A stretch of 24,339 bases of DNA from Octopus sinensis (taxonomy: Eukaryota): the NCBI RefSeq assembly GCF_006345805.1, contig NW_021836371.1, positions 1 to 24,339 on the forward strand, written 5' to 3'. The position numbers and the translations under genes are program-made. Below, piece by piece: positions 1-11,432 of the stretch. Position 1 is the stretch's first letter; each line of letters begins with the position of its first letter. The notes under the pieces are model-generated. The model did no database searches and was not told where the DNA came from. It saw nothing but the letters and a program-made list of their open reading frames with translations.

Positions 1-163
1 TGAAATTTGAGGGGAGTGTTTCACTGGTACTTAATTTATCGACCTCAAAAGGATGAAAGGCAAAGTCGACCCCAGCGGAATTTGAACTCAGAACGTAAAG
101 ACGGACGAAATGCCACTAAGCATTTTGCCCGGCGTGGTAACGATTCTACGAGCTCACTGCCTT
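1..163 (-). mobile_element. SINE family A copy (tRNA-like head), internally deleted 3' part
   Basis: Reverse complement reads aaggcagtgagctcgtagaatcgttaccacgccggg...gagttcaaattccg...gtcgactttgcctttcatcc...gataaattaagtaccag, aligning by eye with copies at 9784, 10024, 11027, 11249, 21685-22093; Pol III box A/B-like motifs present. Confidence 0.9.
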
Positions 164-254
164 TAAAATGACCTTAATATCAAACTGCATATTGCATCTT
201 GTCAACCAAGTACCATTTCTAACATATTTATGCTACCCTTACAAGTCTCACTAC

Positions 255-374
255 CTCGAAGAACAGGTTCGCCAGTTTGCGTTTCTGGAAGTTTCTGCAT
301 GTTATTGCCATTAGTGATTGCAGTAAACAGACTTCCGAGAGAGTGTTTTTGTTTGCTAATGTGTACATCAGAAC
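255..374 (-). CDS. Candidate internal exon, 120 nt, product unidentified
   Basis: Minus-strand acceptor catcctttcgttaattgtttcag|G at 375/374 and possible donor GAG|gtagtg at 255/254 (weak). Length is a multiple of 3; two frames are open (GSDVHISKQKHSLGSLFTAITNGNNMQKLPETQTGEPVLR or VLMYTLANKNTLSEVCLLQSLMAITCRNFQKRKLANLFFE). No homology recognised. Confidence 0.3.
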
Positions 375-504
375 CTGAAACAATTAACGAAAGGATGGTA
401 TATATTGCCAAGTAGATATTTATAAGCTTTACTTGCTCGCGAGTGATGGCTGGCTGTAGATGTAAATACAAAATGAGTCAGTTACTTGAGAACAAAATTT
501 TAAT

Positions 505-901
505 TGTAAGGTATACTAGCCATCTCAATATGGCTAACCACTAAGGGTGGGTGTTACTGTAGCTTACATCTCGTTCAGAGATTTATTATTGCTTGCAGAC
601 AGTTTTTCGAAATCAGTGGCGAAAAGTTACTGGAAAAACGATATTTAAGGATTTGCAAACGGTCTCCCTTCATCGAAAACCGGTGATTGCGGTACGCTGA
701 AGACAGGCAAATACCTAGAAACTGCAGTCCGTGCGTATCACTTAGGTTGACGAGAGAGGGATGACCTCCCTTTGCAAATACCATAAGGGCACAGAACGTG
801 TGCCTAAAGCCAGCTGGAGACGATGATCTCCTGGGGCTACAAGCTACAGTAACACCCACCCTTAGTGGTTAGCCATATTGAGATGGCTAGTATACCTTAC
901 A
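505..901. mobile_element. MITE-like foldback element with 61-bp perfect terminal inverted repeats
   Basis: 505-565 (tgtaaggtatactagcc...gttactgtagctt) is the exact reverse complement of 841-901; aaaattttaatt occurs on both flanks (494-505, 904-915). Confidence 0.75.
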
Positions 902-920
902 TTAAAATTTTAATTACCGG

Positions 921-1390
921 CTGGAAAAGACGTTTTCCTGGGGTTAAAATGTAGTAATATAGTTCTTTATAGAACAATCATGTTATTGTGGGGAGAAAAA
1001 AACCTTACCATCTAGAATTGTTACTACTTATATCACATTTAGAGATTTTAGAATAAGCTATTTTGCTCGTTATGGGATCAGCGACTGTCTGCCGCTTATC
1101 TGTTTATATATTGTGAGTAGGGACGATTGACTGCCATTTCTAGCAGGCAGGTGTCCAGTACCGATGAAGGTAAAGATCCAGAAAGCATGGTCAACTGGTC
1201 TTGCCAAGCTGGAGGGAAGTGATTCGCTCCCTTACAATATATGACAGGTTGTGTGTCATTAACTAGCTGGAAAAAAACGTTTACCTGGGGATAAAATGTA
1301 GTAACATAGCTAATCATAGAACAGTCACCTTAGAGTGACAAACAAATGTTAGCGTCTAGTATTGTTACTACTTGCTACTTTGCTCGTTAA
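921..1390 (+). repeat. Degenerate direct repeat pair (~921-1072 and ~1267-1390)
   Basis: Both start ctggaaaa..cgttt.cctgggg.taaaatgtagtaa.atag and share tctag.attgttactactt and ttttgctcgtta. Confidence 0.7.
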
Positions 1391-1609
1391 AACAATAATA
1401 ATCATTAGAAAAACCAATAGCCGTAGCCGTCAGCTGGTAACTTTTTCCGTCTTATAGGGGTAAAATACCCGATCTTTTCGCTACTTTCATAGCTTCTACT
1501 GCGTTCGGAATTTACTTTCGAACTTGACTGAAAAAGGGAGATTTTTGCCCACTTAGCTGTACCTACAGTCTCAGTCGACTAATTAATTATCCTTACAGAA
1601 TTACTATCG

Positions 1610-1716
1610 TCATCGTCGTCGCCGTCGTCACCGTCATCATCATCACCACCATCATCATCATCATCATAATCGCCGTTGTGTCACTGTCACCATTATCACG
1701 TCACCGTCACCACCGC

Positions 1717-1764
<48 letters not shown>

Positions 1765-1878
1765 TATTATCATCATCATTATCATCATACTCACGAACAT
1801 TGCCATAATCATCATCATCATCCATTCTTCTTCCTTCCCTGCCTCTTCACCACCAGCAGCATCACCAGCAGCATCACT

Positions 1879-1925
<47 letters not shown>

Positions 1926-1970
1926 TATCATCATCATCATCATTGTCCTCTTCGTGGTCATCGCCGTAAT
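1610..1970 (+). repeat. (CAT)n compound microsatellite
   Basis: Long runs of catcatcat; source of the poly-I/H/S ORFs. Confidence 0.95.
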
Positions 1971-2376
1971 CACTGCCAACATCTCTGCAGCTCCCTGCCT
2001 CTCACCCCTTAACAACACCCCACCTCATTTTGATGTCCTTCCACCCTACCCACCCACACCTTCTGTACTTCCATTGAGTCGTTACTCACCCCTCACACAC
2101 AGGAACATCCCAATCACATTCCTTCCTCATCACACACACACCACACACAGAACGCATACATACACATACACATACTTGGCAAACATCACCCCACGCCTTT
2201 ACATCATGTAAATCCTGAGACACCCCCACCACTACCACCACAACTCTCTCTCACCACCACTACCACCTCCACCTTCCTTCCAACACCCACCCACCCATCA
2301 AGCCAAGAATTTACCTAAAACTAATTCTTGTCCTCAAATGTTTCTGCATAATTCATAAGCTCAGTCATTTTTTATG

Positions 2377-2772
2377 GGCGTAGAAGTGGCTTTGTGGTAA
2401 GTAGTTTGCTAACCAGTCACGTGGTTTTGGGTTCAGTCCCACTGCGTGGCACCTTGGACAGGTGTCTTCTACTATAGCCTCGGACCGACCAAAGCCTTGT
2501 GAGTGGATTGGGTAGACGGAAACTGAAAGAAACATGTCGTATATATGTATATATATGTGTGTGTGTGTTTGTATGTTTCTGTTTGTCCCCATCAGCATCG
2601 CTTGACAACCGATGCTGGTGTGTTTACGTCCTCCGTAACATAGCGGTTCGGCAAAAGAGACCGATAGAATAAGTACCAGGCTTACAAAGAATAAGTCCTG
2701 GGGTCGATTTGCTCGACTAAAGGTGGTGCTCGAGCATGGCCACAGTCAAATGACTGAAACAAGTAAAAGAGT
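2377..2772 (+). mobile_element. SINE family B, full length (tRNA-like head, internal TA/TG microsatellite, gactgaaacaagtaaaaga tail)
   Basis: Box A-like gtggctttgtggt, box B-like ggttcagtccc, body ggcaccttggacaggtgtcttctactatagcc; matches copies at 8342, 18115, 19319, 20697, 23669. Confidence 0.9.
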
Positions 2773-2779
2773 ATAACTG

Positions 2780-3120
2780 TTGTCTTCGTTGTTGTTGTTG
2801 TTATTGCTGTTCTTACTGTTGTCCTTGTTCTTGTTCATGTTGTTGCTGCTGTTGCTGTTGAGCGAAGCGGTCTTCGTCCCAGAGCTCGCAAGATCGCGCC
2901 TCTATAGTGGTAGAAGTCCGAAACGTGGTCCTTTGCTATTCGTAAGACCCGCAGAATAGAAAGCAGGTCAACCTCCGACACCGAGAGCATCGACGGATTA
3001 ATGAATGCGCATCCAGGCTCAGCGGTTGCGTAGGAAGTCGGGGACAAGAAACAGGAAGAAAGAGTGAGAGAAAGTTGGAGTGAAATAGTACAACAGGGGT
3101 CGCCACCCCCCTGCCGGAGC
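2780..3120 (-). mobile_element. SINE family C, headless copy with distinct 3' tail ending in (CAA)n-like repeat
   Basis: Reverse complement gctccggcaggggggtggcgacccctgttgtact...aactttctctcactctttc matches the body of the copies at 8775-9070 and 20358-20668; the tail (~2861-3050) differs from both. Confidence 0.75.
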
Positions 3121-3208
3121 AGCAACGGCGGCGGCGGCGGCAGTGGTAGTGGCGGCGGCAGCAGTGATGGTGGCGACGTTGGCGGTGATAGTGGTTTAAC
3201 ACGCCGCC

Positions 3209-3392
3209 CTCAGCCCTGATCCAGCAGACCTGTAACCAAAAGCGATCCGACCGAGACCATCCCATCTTTCAGTCGGACACAATATATCTAAGACTACATT
3301 CACTGAGAGTATCGTGTTACCTACCCTTCCGTCGTTTTTAATATGATAAGGTACGAAGTGAGGGAAACCTGGCTGTTATTTCTTGCTTAGCG
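3209..3392 (-). mobile_element. Dispersed repeat family D fragment
   Basis: Reverse complement contains gcaagaaataacagccaggtttccctca and gatgggatggtc...gatcagggctg, resembling the ctagaaatagcagccaaatctccctcaaa units at 12.7-15.0 kb. Confidence 0.6.
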
Positions 3393-3610
3393 ATTTCCTG
3401 TATGATTTCCTGTTCTTTTTTGTAATTGCCATTAATGTTGTTTAAATCTGGGTCAAAAGTGAGGGAGCCAACTTGCATTCGAAAGCCTTCCAGACGTGCC
3501 CATCTTATATGAGCGGCATCTTATTATATGACACGGCATCGTTGGACATCGCGTCTCGTTTTCAAGACAGCTGAGTGTGAAAAAATTTCGTTGCTATTTC
3601 TAGCAGAAGC

Positions 3611-4985
3611 GATGGTGATGATGATGATGATGATGATGAGGAGGAGGAGGAGGAGAGAGGAGGAGAAAGAGGAGGAAGGTGTTTCGGGGAGGAGATGGGG
3701 AGGGGAACGAAGGCGTCGGCGGCGGCGGCGGTGGTGGTCGTCGTCGTCGTTGTCGTCGTGATGGTCGTGGTGGTGGTGGTGATGACGACGACGGCGATGA
3801 TCGTGATCATGATCCTGATGTTGCTCATAATGAACATGATGACGATGATGATGATGATGATGATGATGACGATAGTAAAGACGATTATGATGACGGTGAT
3901 AGTGATGACGACGGTGATGGTGATGATGATGATAATGACGAGGAAGTCCATGTCACCATGATGATGATGATGATGATGGCGGTAACAGTGATAGTGATAA
4001 ACAAGCAGTGGCTCCCTCACCGGTCCGTTGTTGTTGTTGTTGCTGTTACTATTGTTGTTGTTGTTATTGTTGTTTTTTGTTGTTGTTGCTGTTGTTGTTT
4101 GACCATATTGTCATCATTAACCAATTCAGTTGGTTTGTTGTTAACGATTGGCGTGAGAAGCTGATGGGGTTGTGGAAGAGGAAGGGTGGGAGAATGTTAT
4201 TGGCAGGGGGGAGGGGGGGCATGAGCTGGCGGGGGGAGGGGAAGTGGGGGGAGATTGGCAGACAAAAGACGAAGTGTTCGGTTAAGGAGTTATATGTGGT
4301 GGTGGTGGTGGTGGCAGTGGTGGTGGTGGTGGTGGTGGTGGTGGTGGTGGTGGTGGTGGTGGCAGTGGTGGTGGTGGTGGCGGTGGTGGTGGTGGTGGTG
4401 GTGGCGGTGGTGGTGGTGGTTTTGGTGGCGTTTGGGCGTTAAAGGAAGTGATGTGATGGGTAGACGACGGTTGAAAAGCAGCAGGAGATAAGAAGCAATA
4501 TAGGAAGATAACGGATGAGACCGACAGAAGCGAAAACAAGAGAGGATGGGAGAGGGTGGAGCGGGGGTGAGGGTGAGGGGTAAAAAGGAGAAGAAGAGAG
4601 AGAGGCGGAGGGAGTGTGTGTGTGTTGTGTATGTGTATTGTGTGTGTGTGTGTGTGTTGTGTGTGTGTGTGTGTGATTGCAGAGAGGGTGAAAGAACGGC
4701 TAGAGGAGAAGAAAAAGAAGATAAAAAGAAGATAAAGAAGAAGAAGAAGAAGAACAACAACAACAACAACAACAACAATAACAGCAGCAATAAAATCATG
4801 AACAAGAAACTGATGTTGCTACTGCTGCTGATCATGATGATGATGGTGGTAGTGGTGTTGTTGTTGTTGTTGTTGGTGGTGGTGGTGTTAGGGATGACAA
4901 TGATATAGAAGAGGAGGAAGAATGGAGAAAGGAAAAAGAAAATGATGTTGATGATGAGATGATGATGATGATGGTGCTGGTGATT
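3611..4985 (+). repeat. Compound microsatellite block: (GAT)n, (GAG)n, (GGC)n, (TTG)n, (GGT)n, (GT)n, (AAG)n/(AAC)n
   Basis: Directly visible simple repeats, e.g. (GGT)n at ~4296-4420. Confidence 0.95.
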
Positions 4986-5148
4986 GTGGTAACGAGATAG
5001 AAGAGATTGGAGCAATTGGAACAATATTGAAGACAAATAGAATTAAAAAACTATATTAAAAAAATGTAAATTATGATTAAGTTAAATAAGAAAATTAAAA
5101 GGAAGAACGAACAGGAGACGAAGACGAAAAAGAGCGGCGAAATGACAA

Positions 5149-5460
5149 GAGTGGGAGGAAGTGGAGAGACTCGGCTGGAGAGATATGAAGCAGAGATTAG
5201 GGGAGAGGAAGTAAAGGATAGGTTGGGAGGAGGAGGAAGAGGGAAGTGGGAGTATGGGAAAGAGAGAGAGAGGGAGAGAAGGGATATGCAGTGAGAGAAA
5301 GGATATAGAGTGGGAGGAAATGGAGAGACTCGGCTGGAGAGATATAAAGCAGAGATTAGGGGAGAGGAAGTAAAGGATAGGTTGAGAGGAGGAGGAGGGA
5401 AGTGGGAGTATGGGAGAGAGAGAGGGAGAGAAGGGATATGGAGAGAGAGAAAGTATATAG
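5149..5460 (+). repeat. Tandem duplication of a ~155-bp purine-rich unit
   Basis: Copies start at 5149 and 5308 (gagtgggaggaa.tggagagactcggctggagagatat.aagcagagattaggggagaggaagtaaaggataggttg). Confidence 0.9.
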
Positions 5461-5619
5461 AGAGAGGGAGGGAGGGGAGAGAGGAGGAGAAGGGATGTGG
5501 ATGAGGAGTTGAAAGAGAAGGACAGCGAAGAGAAAGGAAAGGAAGATGTGATAGAATTCAGAAGGGAGATAATGAGAGAAATGTGGTGAGAGAGGAAGAG
5601 GGACTAGTTGTGTAATGTG

Positions 5620-5671
<52 letters not shown>

Positions 5672-6323
5672 AAGAGAGAGGCAGGTGAACGGGAAAGAGA
5701 TAGAAAAAATCAACCGGACAGAGAGAATGAAGTGTGTACGAAAGAGGGAGAGGGAGAGAGAGAGAAGCTAAAAAGGAAAGGCATGATAATTAAATGAGAG
5801 ATAGTGAGAGAGAGAGAGAGAAAATAGTAGAAGAAAAGAAAAGTAGAAGGGAGAAGGGTAGAGACAAAGAGAGAAAGAAGTAGAGAAAGTGTTATTGGTG
5901 TTGCTAACTGCTAATAACAAAAAAAAAACAAGTAAGAATTGAATAAAAACTAAACTCTCCGTTTATTTCCGGCAAAATGGAGGCGATCGCTTCCGTTTTC
6001 ATTAAGTCTTGATCTTTTCTTTCTTTTTATTTCATTTTTGCCCTTACTGTTCGGCCATTTATATGTGGGGAAAACGAACGGTGGAAGCATGGCAAAGCAA
6101 AAGATGGGAATTATAAGTATAATTGGTCGGTTTTGCTTGAAAAATTATCGGCGAGATAAGCTTGATATAATAACAAAACGAGAAAAAAGGTAGAAAAAAA
6201 GGGAAAAAAACACAGGAACGAACGTCTTCGATGTTTAGCAGACGATCGCCTGTTATCTGTGATGGCTGTGTTGTTGATATATACCGCTCTCCTGCACCTC
6301 AGCGGACACTTTTGTTGTCGGCG

Positions 6324-6455
<132 letters not shown>

Positions 6456-7689
6456 TCTGATGTGGTCAATATATGTGTCCCATGTCCGATATTATATGTT
6501 TGCACCTGATGGTATGTCTGTTTGTGTGTGTTTATGTGTGTTTGTCTGACATGTGTGTATGTATATGTGACACGTATGTTGTGAGCGTATGTTTCTGATG
6601 TGGTGAATATATGTGTGTGCGATATGATGATGTGTATATGCCTCTATGTGTGTGTGGGTGTGTGTGTGTGTGTGCGACGAGTGCATATGTTTTTGATATA
6701 TGTGTATGTGACGAATGTGTGTATATGTAATGTATTTGTATGTATGTGTTACGTATGTTGTGTATGTGTGAGATGTGTATGATAATCTGTCTCAGAGAGA
6801 TGTATGATTACTACGTGTTCGTATGAGTGTGTGTCAGACGTGTGTGTGAGTGTATCACTGACGCATGTGTATGCATGTGTGTGTGTGTGTATGAAGTGAT
6901 ATGTAGTGTAATGTGGTGTGTGTGTGTACGTATGCGTGTTTCCGTGTGCGTGTGCGTGTGTGTGGTATAGTTGTAATGTGAATATGTGCGTATGCGTTAG
7001 GGTATATGAGCTTGTACGAGTGCTAGTGTGTGAGTATGTGTATAAAGAACATGGGGAGTGTATATATTACGGTGTGTATATGGCGTATGTATTTGGCATA
7101 TAAGGAAAAGACAATAACTACGTATTCTCCCCCTCTTACACTGCCAACACCATCGCTATCATCATTAGCATCACTACCACCACAACCACCACCACCACCA
7201 CAACCATTACCACCACCACAACCATTACCACCAACGCCATCACCCTCACTACTACCACCGCCGTCACCAGCCCTACCCTCAAAAACGGCACTTCTCCCTA
7301 CAATTCCTACCCCTTCGGTGACCGTCTGAAGAATTTGGCGGCGTAGCTAGACTGGAAGGTGTCTTTGTAGGTGGTTGGCGAGGAAAGAAATCAAGAATTC
7401 AGTCTGGAAGTGTTGATCTTACCGATAGAGTAAAATAATGGTCGATAAAGTCCCCGGATGTGGTTGGGGGCCAGTGAATGTGTAATAGCGGAAGGTGAGA
7501 GGGGCCGCGAAGTTGTCCGCGTGTGAAAGCAGGGGTAGGGGTCTTAGTGTTGCGGATGATCGGATGTAGGGGACAGAAGGGTAAGAAACGGTTTCTAGCT
7601 GTCGTGATTGCTTATCACCAGATCAATCCTGATCGAGTATGTATATATCTATGTATGTATATGTGTGTGTGTGTGTGTGTATAATATAT

Positions 7690-7752
<63 letters not shown>

Positions 7753-7760
7753 ATATATAT

Positions 7761-7975
7761 TACGGAGATGTACTCGCATAGCAAGTAATTTGATCTGAGA
7801 TCGTGTGCTGAAACGAAAACAATTGCAGCGTGGAGGTGTTTATAAGCCATTTAAGAAACACACAAAAGCCGTTCGATTCACTCCAACATTTAAGTTTAAT
7901 TTGTCAAAATATTTTCGTCGCTAAAATCCGCGACCTGTTCACTGACAAAGTCCGTGCTGCATCTAAGAAAGTAAC
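7761..7975 (-). mobile_element. Penelope-like terminal repeat (pLTR-like) fragment embedded in (TA)n
   Basis: Non-coding ~215-bp block between TA tracts, carrying a minimal hammerhead fold of the type established for Penelope-like elements. Family assignment is inferred from that motif. Confidence 0.55.
7900..7949 (-). ncRNA. Candidate minimal type-I hammerhead ribozyme, G3-C8 core variant
   Basis: Minus strand: UUUGUCA (stem I) GUGAACA G GUCGC ggauuuua GCGAC (stem II) GAA AAUAUU (palindromic stem III) U UGACAAA (stem I). Confidence 0.6.
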
Positions 7976-8089
7976 AGTTAGTTCGTCATATATATGTACG
8001 TATGTATGTGTGTATGTATGCATACATGTGTGTATGTATGTACGTATGCATGTACGCATATATATATATATATATAATATATATATATG

Positions 8090-8265
8090 AATAAAAAATG
8101 GAGTTAACGCAGGTTTAAACAAGTATTTTTACTTACTACACATGTTTCGAAAATTCCACTGATACTATTCAAAAGAATAAATGGTATAAACAATGCAATC
8201 TTCTCTGGTAACTATTTATTTATTTTTCCGTGTTAATTGTTAACAAGGTAAAAATACACTCATCT
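8090..8265 (-). mobile_element. Second Penelope-like terminal fragment with decayed hammerhead-like motif
   Basis: Minus strand ttacca-GAGAAGA-long hairpin-GAAACATGT-g-tagtaa, ending in (TA)n; several core mismatches. Confidence 0.4.
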
Positions 8266-8268
8266 ATT

Positions 8269-8341
<73 letters not shown>

Positions 8342-8709
8342 GCGCAGGTGTGGCTGTGTGGTAAGAAGCTTTGCTTCCCAGCCACATGGTTCCAGGTTCA
8401 GTCCCACTGCGTGGCACCTGGGGCAAATGTCTTCTACTATAGCCTCAGGCCTGAGAGGGAATTTGGTAGATGGAAACTAAAAGTCCGTCGTGTGTGTGTG
8501 TGTTTCTGTGTTTGTCCCCCATCATCGCTTGACAACCGGTGTTGGTTATTTTACGTTCCTGTAAGGTAGCGGTTCAGTAAAACAGACCGATAGAAATACT
8601 AGGATTAAGAAACACAGCCCTGAGGTCCATTTGTTTGACTAAAACTCTTCAAAGCAACGCTCCAGTATGGCTGCAGTCATTTGACGGAATCAAGTCAAAG
8701 AGTAAAAGA
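8342..8709 (+). mobile_element. SINE family B, diverged full-length copy
   Basis: Aligns with 2377-2772 from head to tail. Confidence 0.9.
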
Positions 8710-8774
8710 ATATATATATACATATATACATATATACATATACATATAAATATATATGTATGTATATATATATA

Positions 8775-9070
8775 TCACCGTGACCGACCAGGTTATCAGA
8801 TGCTGCTACACATCGCTGGTCACAATGCGCTTCGCATTGTTTTAGCCTTCAAATGACGCCACCCCGCTGGCTAAGCGAGCAGGCCACCAGAAGAAAGAGT
8901 GAGAGAAAATTGTGGCGAAAGTACAGCAGGGATCGCCACCACCTCCTGCCGGAGCCTCGTGGGACTTTAGGTGCTTTCGCTCAATAAACACAACGACCGG
9001 ACTGGGAATCGAAACCGCGATCCTACAACCGCGAGTCCGCTGCCCTAGCTACTGGGCCATTGCGCCTCCA
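8775..9070 (-). mobile_element. SINE family C, full length with tRNA-like head
   Basis: Reverse complement tggaggcgcaatggcccagtagctagggcagcggactcgcgg...ggtttcgattccc (box A/B-like), shared body, tail ending ctggtcggtcacggtgat. Confidence 0.85.
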
Positions 9071-9077
9071 CACACAC

Positions 9078-9450
9078 ACATATATATATATATGGGTACA
9101 GGACGTCACTAACAGTAAACAACATGAAATACGAAAACAAATGAGTTCAATACGCAAACAACGAGAGAAAAAAATGGAAAACAGGACAAGTAACATAAAG
9201 AACGACCCTTCATCAGTTGTCTATCTTTTCCTCATTTCGAGCATTCAACGACAATATGAGCCTTCGAAGACAGTTGTTCTCATAAATGCTAAAATAAAAT
9301 TTTAATTTATGGAGAGTCAAAATTGGTAACAAAAACAGGACAGTGGAGACGTACAAGGAGACAGAACGAAAACAAACATGGAGGGTCGTTGGACCAGAAC
9401 GAGGGTAGAAAAGATAGAAGAGATAGAAAAGAGAGAGAAGACGTCTAAAA
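9078..9450 (-). mobile_element. Unclassified dispersed-repeat-like fragment, possibly a Penelope-like terminus
   Basis: Minus strand has ctgatgaagggtc and a T-rich run ending gacgtcctgtaccc next to (TA)n; assigned by resemblance only. Confidence 0.3.
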
Positions 9451-9519
9451 TATTTTAAGATAGATGAATCTTCGTAATTTTTTGCATACTTCATTTATTT
9501 TGGATATATTTCCCATTTT

Positions 9520-9783
9520 CATAATTTAAAAAAAAATTAGGTGTCATTTTCTTGGAGACGCGTACCGTTGCATAGATGTGGTGGGTTCAAATCGTATGCG
9601 AATTGAGAGTAGTCCATTTATGTTGGGGGCGCGGATTTCGAACAAAAAACCATAAGAAAACGCGTCCTAAGTCAAAGAGAACTCACATGTCAAATTTGGT
9701 GAAATTCGGTTGAAAATTGTAGGAGTAGAAGTGGTTCACACAACACACAGACAGACGGCTTGCCTTTTTTATATACAAGATAG
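9520..9783 (+). mobile_element. Non-autonomous Helitron-like (Lep1/HINE-type) 3' fragment
   Basis: tgtcaaatttggtgaaattcggttg...gtaggagtag...acacacagacagac...tttttatatacaagat; same 3' architecture as at 13220-13331 and 14290-14377. The 5' boundary is approximate. Confidence 0.55.
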
Positions 9784-10002
9784 AAGGCGGCGAGCTGGTA
9801 GAAGCGTTAGCACGCCGGGCGAAATGCTTAGCAGTATTTCGTCTGCCGTTACGTTCTGGGTTCAAATTCCGCTGAGGTCGACTTTGCCTTTCATTTGTTC
9901 CGGAGTCGATTAAATAAGTACCAGTTAAATAAGTACGCACTGGGGTCGACGAAATCGACTTAATCTCCTCCCCCAAGCCACACTTCTGGCAAAAGTTAGA
10001 AA
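9784..10002 (+). mobile_element. SINE family A copy
   Basis: aaggcggcgagctggtagaagcgttagcacgccgggc...ggttcaaattcc; small internal duplication of aataagtac. Confidence 0.9.
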
Positions 10003-10023
10003 TAATAATTATTATCATTAATA

Positions 10024-10240
10024 AAGGCGGTGATCTGGTAGAATCGTTAGCACGCCGGGCTTAGCAGCATTTCGTCCGTCTTCACGTTCGTCTTTACGTT
10101 GTGAGTTCAAATTCCACCGATGTCGACTTTGCCTTTCGTCCTTTTGGAGTCGATAAAATAAGTACCAGTTATGCACTGAGGTTGATGTAATCGACTAGTC
10201 CCCTCCTCCCAAGTTTCAGGTTGTGCCTATAGTAGAAAGA
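10024..10240 (+). mobile_element. SINE family A copy
   Basis: Head-to-tail after the previous copy; ends ttgtgcctatagtagaaaga then (ATT)n. Confidence 0.9.
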
Positions 10241-11026
<786 letters not shown>

Positions 11027-11220
11027 CGGCGACCTGGCAGAAACGTTAGCGCGCCAGCCGTTACGTTCTGAGTTCAAATTCCGCCGAGGTCGACTTTGCC
11101 TTTCATCCTTTCGGGGTCGTAAAAATAAAGTACCAGCTTCGCAGTGGGGTCGATGTAATCGACTTAATCCTTTTCTCTGTCCTGTCTATGTTTAGCCCCC
11201 TGTGGGCAGTAAAGAAAAAA
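11027..11220 (+). mobile_element. SINE family A copy (alternative 3' end: cttaatcc...tttagcccc.tgtggg.agtaaagaaa)
   Basis: Same head and body as other A copies; 3' end matches the copy at 21685-21913. Confidence 0.9.
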
Positions 11221-11248
11221 ATTTATTATTATTATTATTATTATTATT

Positions 11249-11432
11249 CAAGGTGGTGAGTTAGCACGTCGGGCAAAATGCTTAGCGACACTTCGTCTGT
11301 CTGAACGTCCTGAGTTCAAATTCCGCCGGTGTCGACTTTGCCTTTCATCTTTTCGGAATGATAAATTAGGTACCAGTGAAATACTGGGTTCGATGTAATC
11401 GACTAGTCTCCTCCCCAGAATATTTCAGGTAT
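11249..11432 (+). mobile_element. SINE family A copy, with short deletion in the head
   Basis: caaggtggtgagttagcacgtcgggc...gagttcaaattccgcc...gactagtctcctcccc. Confidence 0.85.

Noticed and set aside
1131-1245. Short plus-strand ORF ...RCPVPMKVKIQKAWSTGLAKLEGSDSLPYNI
   Set aside because: Short, begins within a family D motif, and nothing was recognisable.
2835-3125. 96-aa ORF MLLRQGGGDPCC...
   Set aside because: Coincides with a family C SINE body and tail.
9200-9290. ctgatga on the minus strand as a possible hammerhead
   Set aside because: No GAAA downstream in a type I/III arrangement; the type II and upstream registers lack the 10.1-11.1 pair and stem III.
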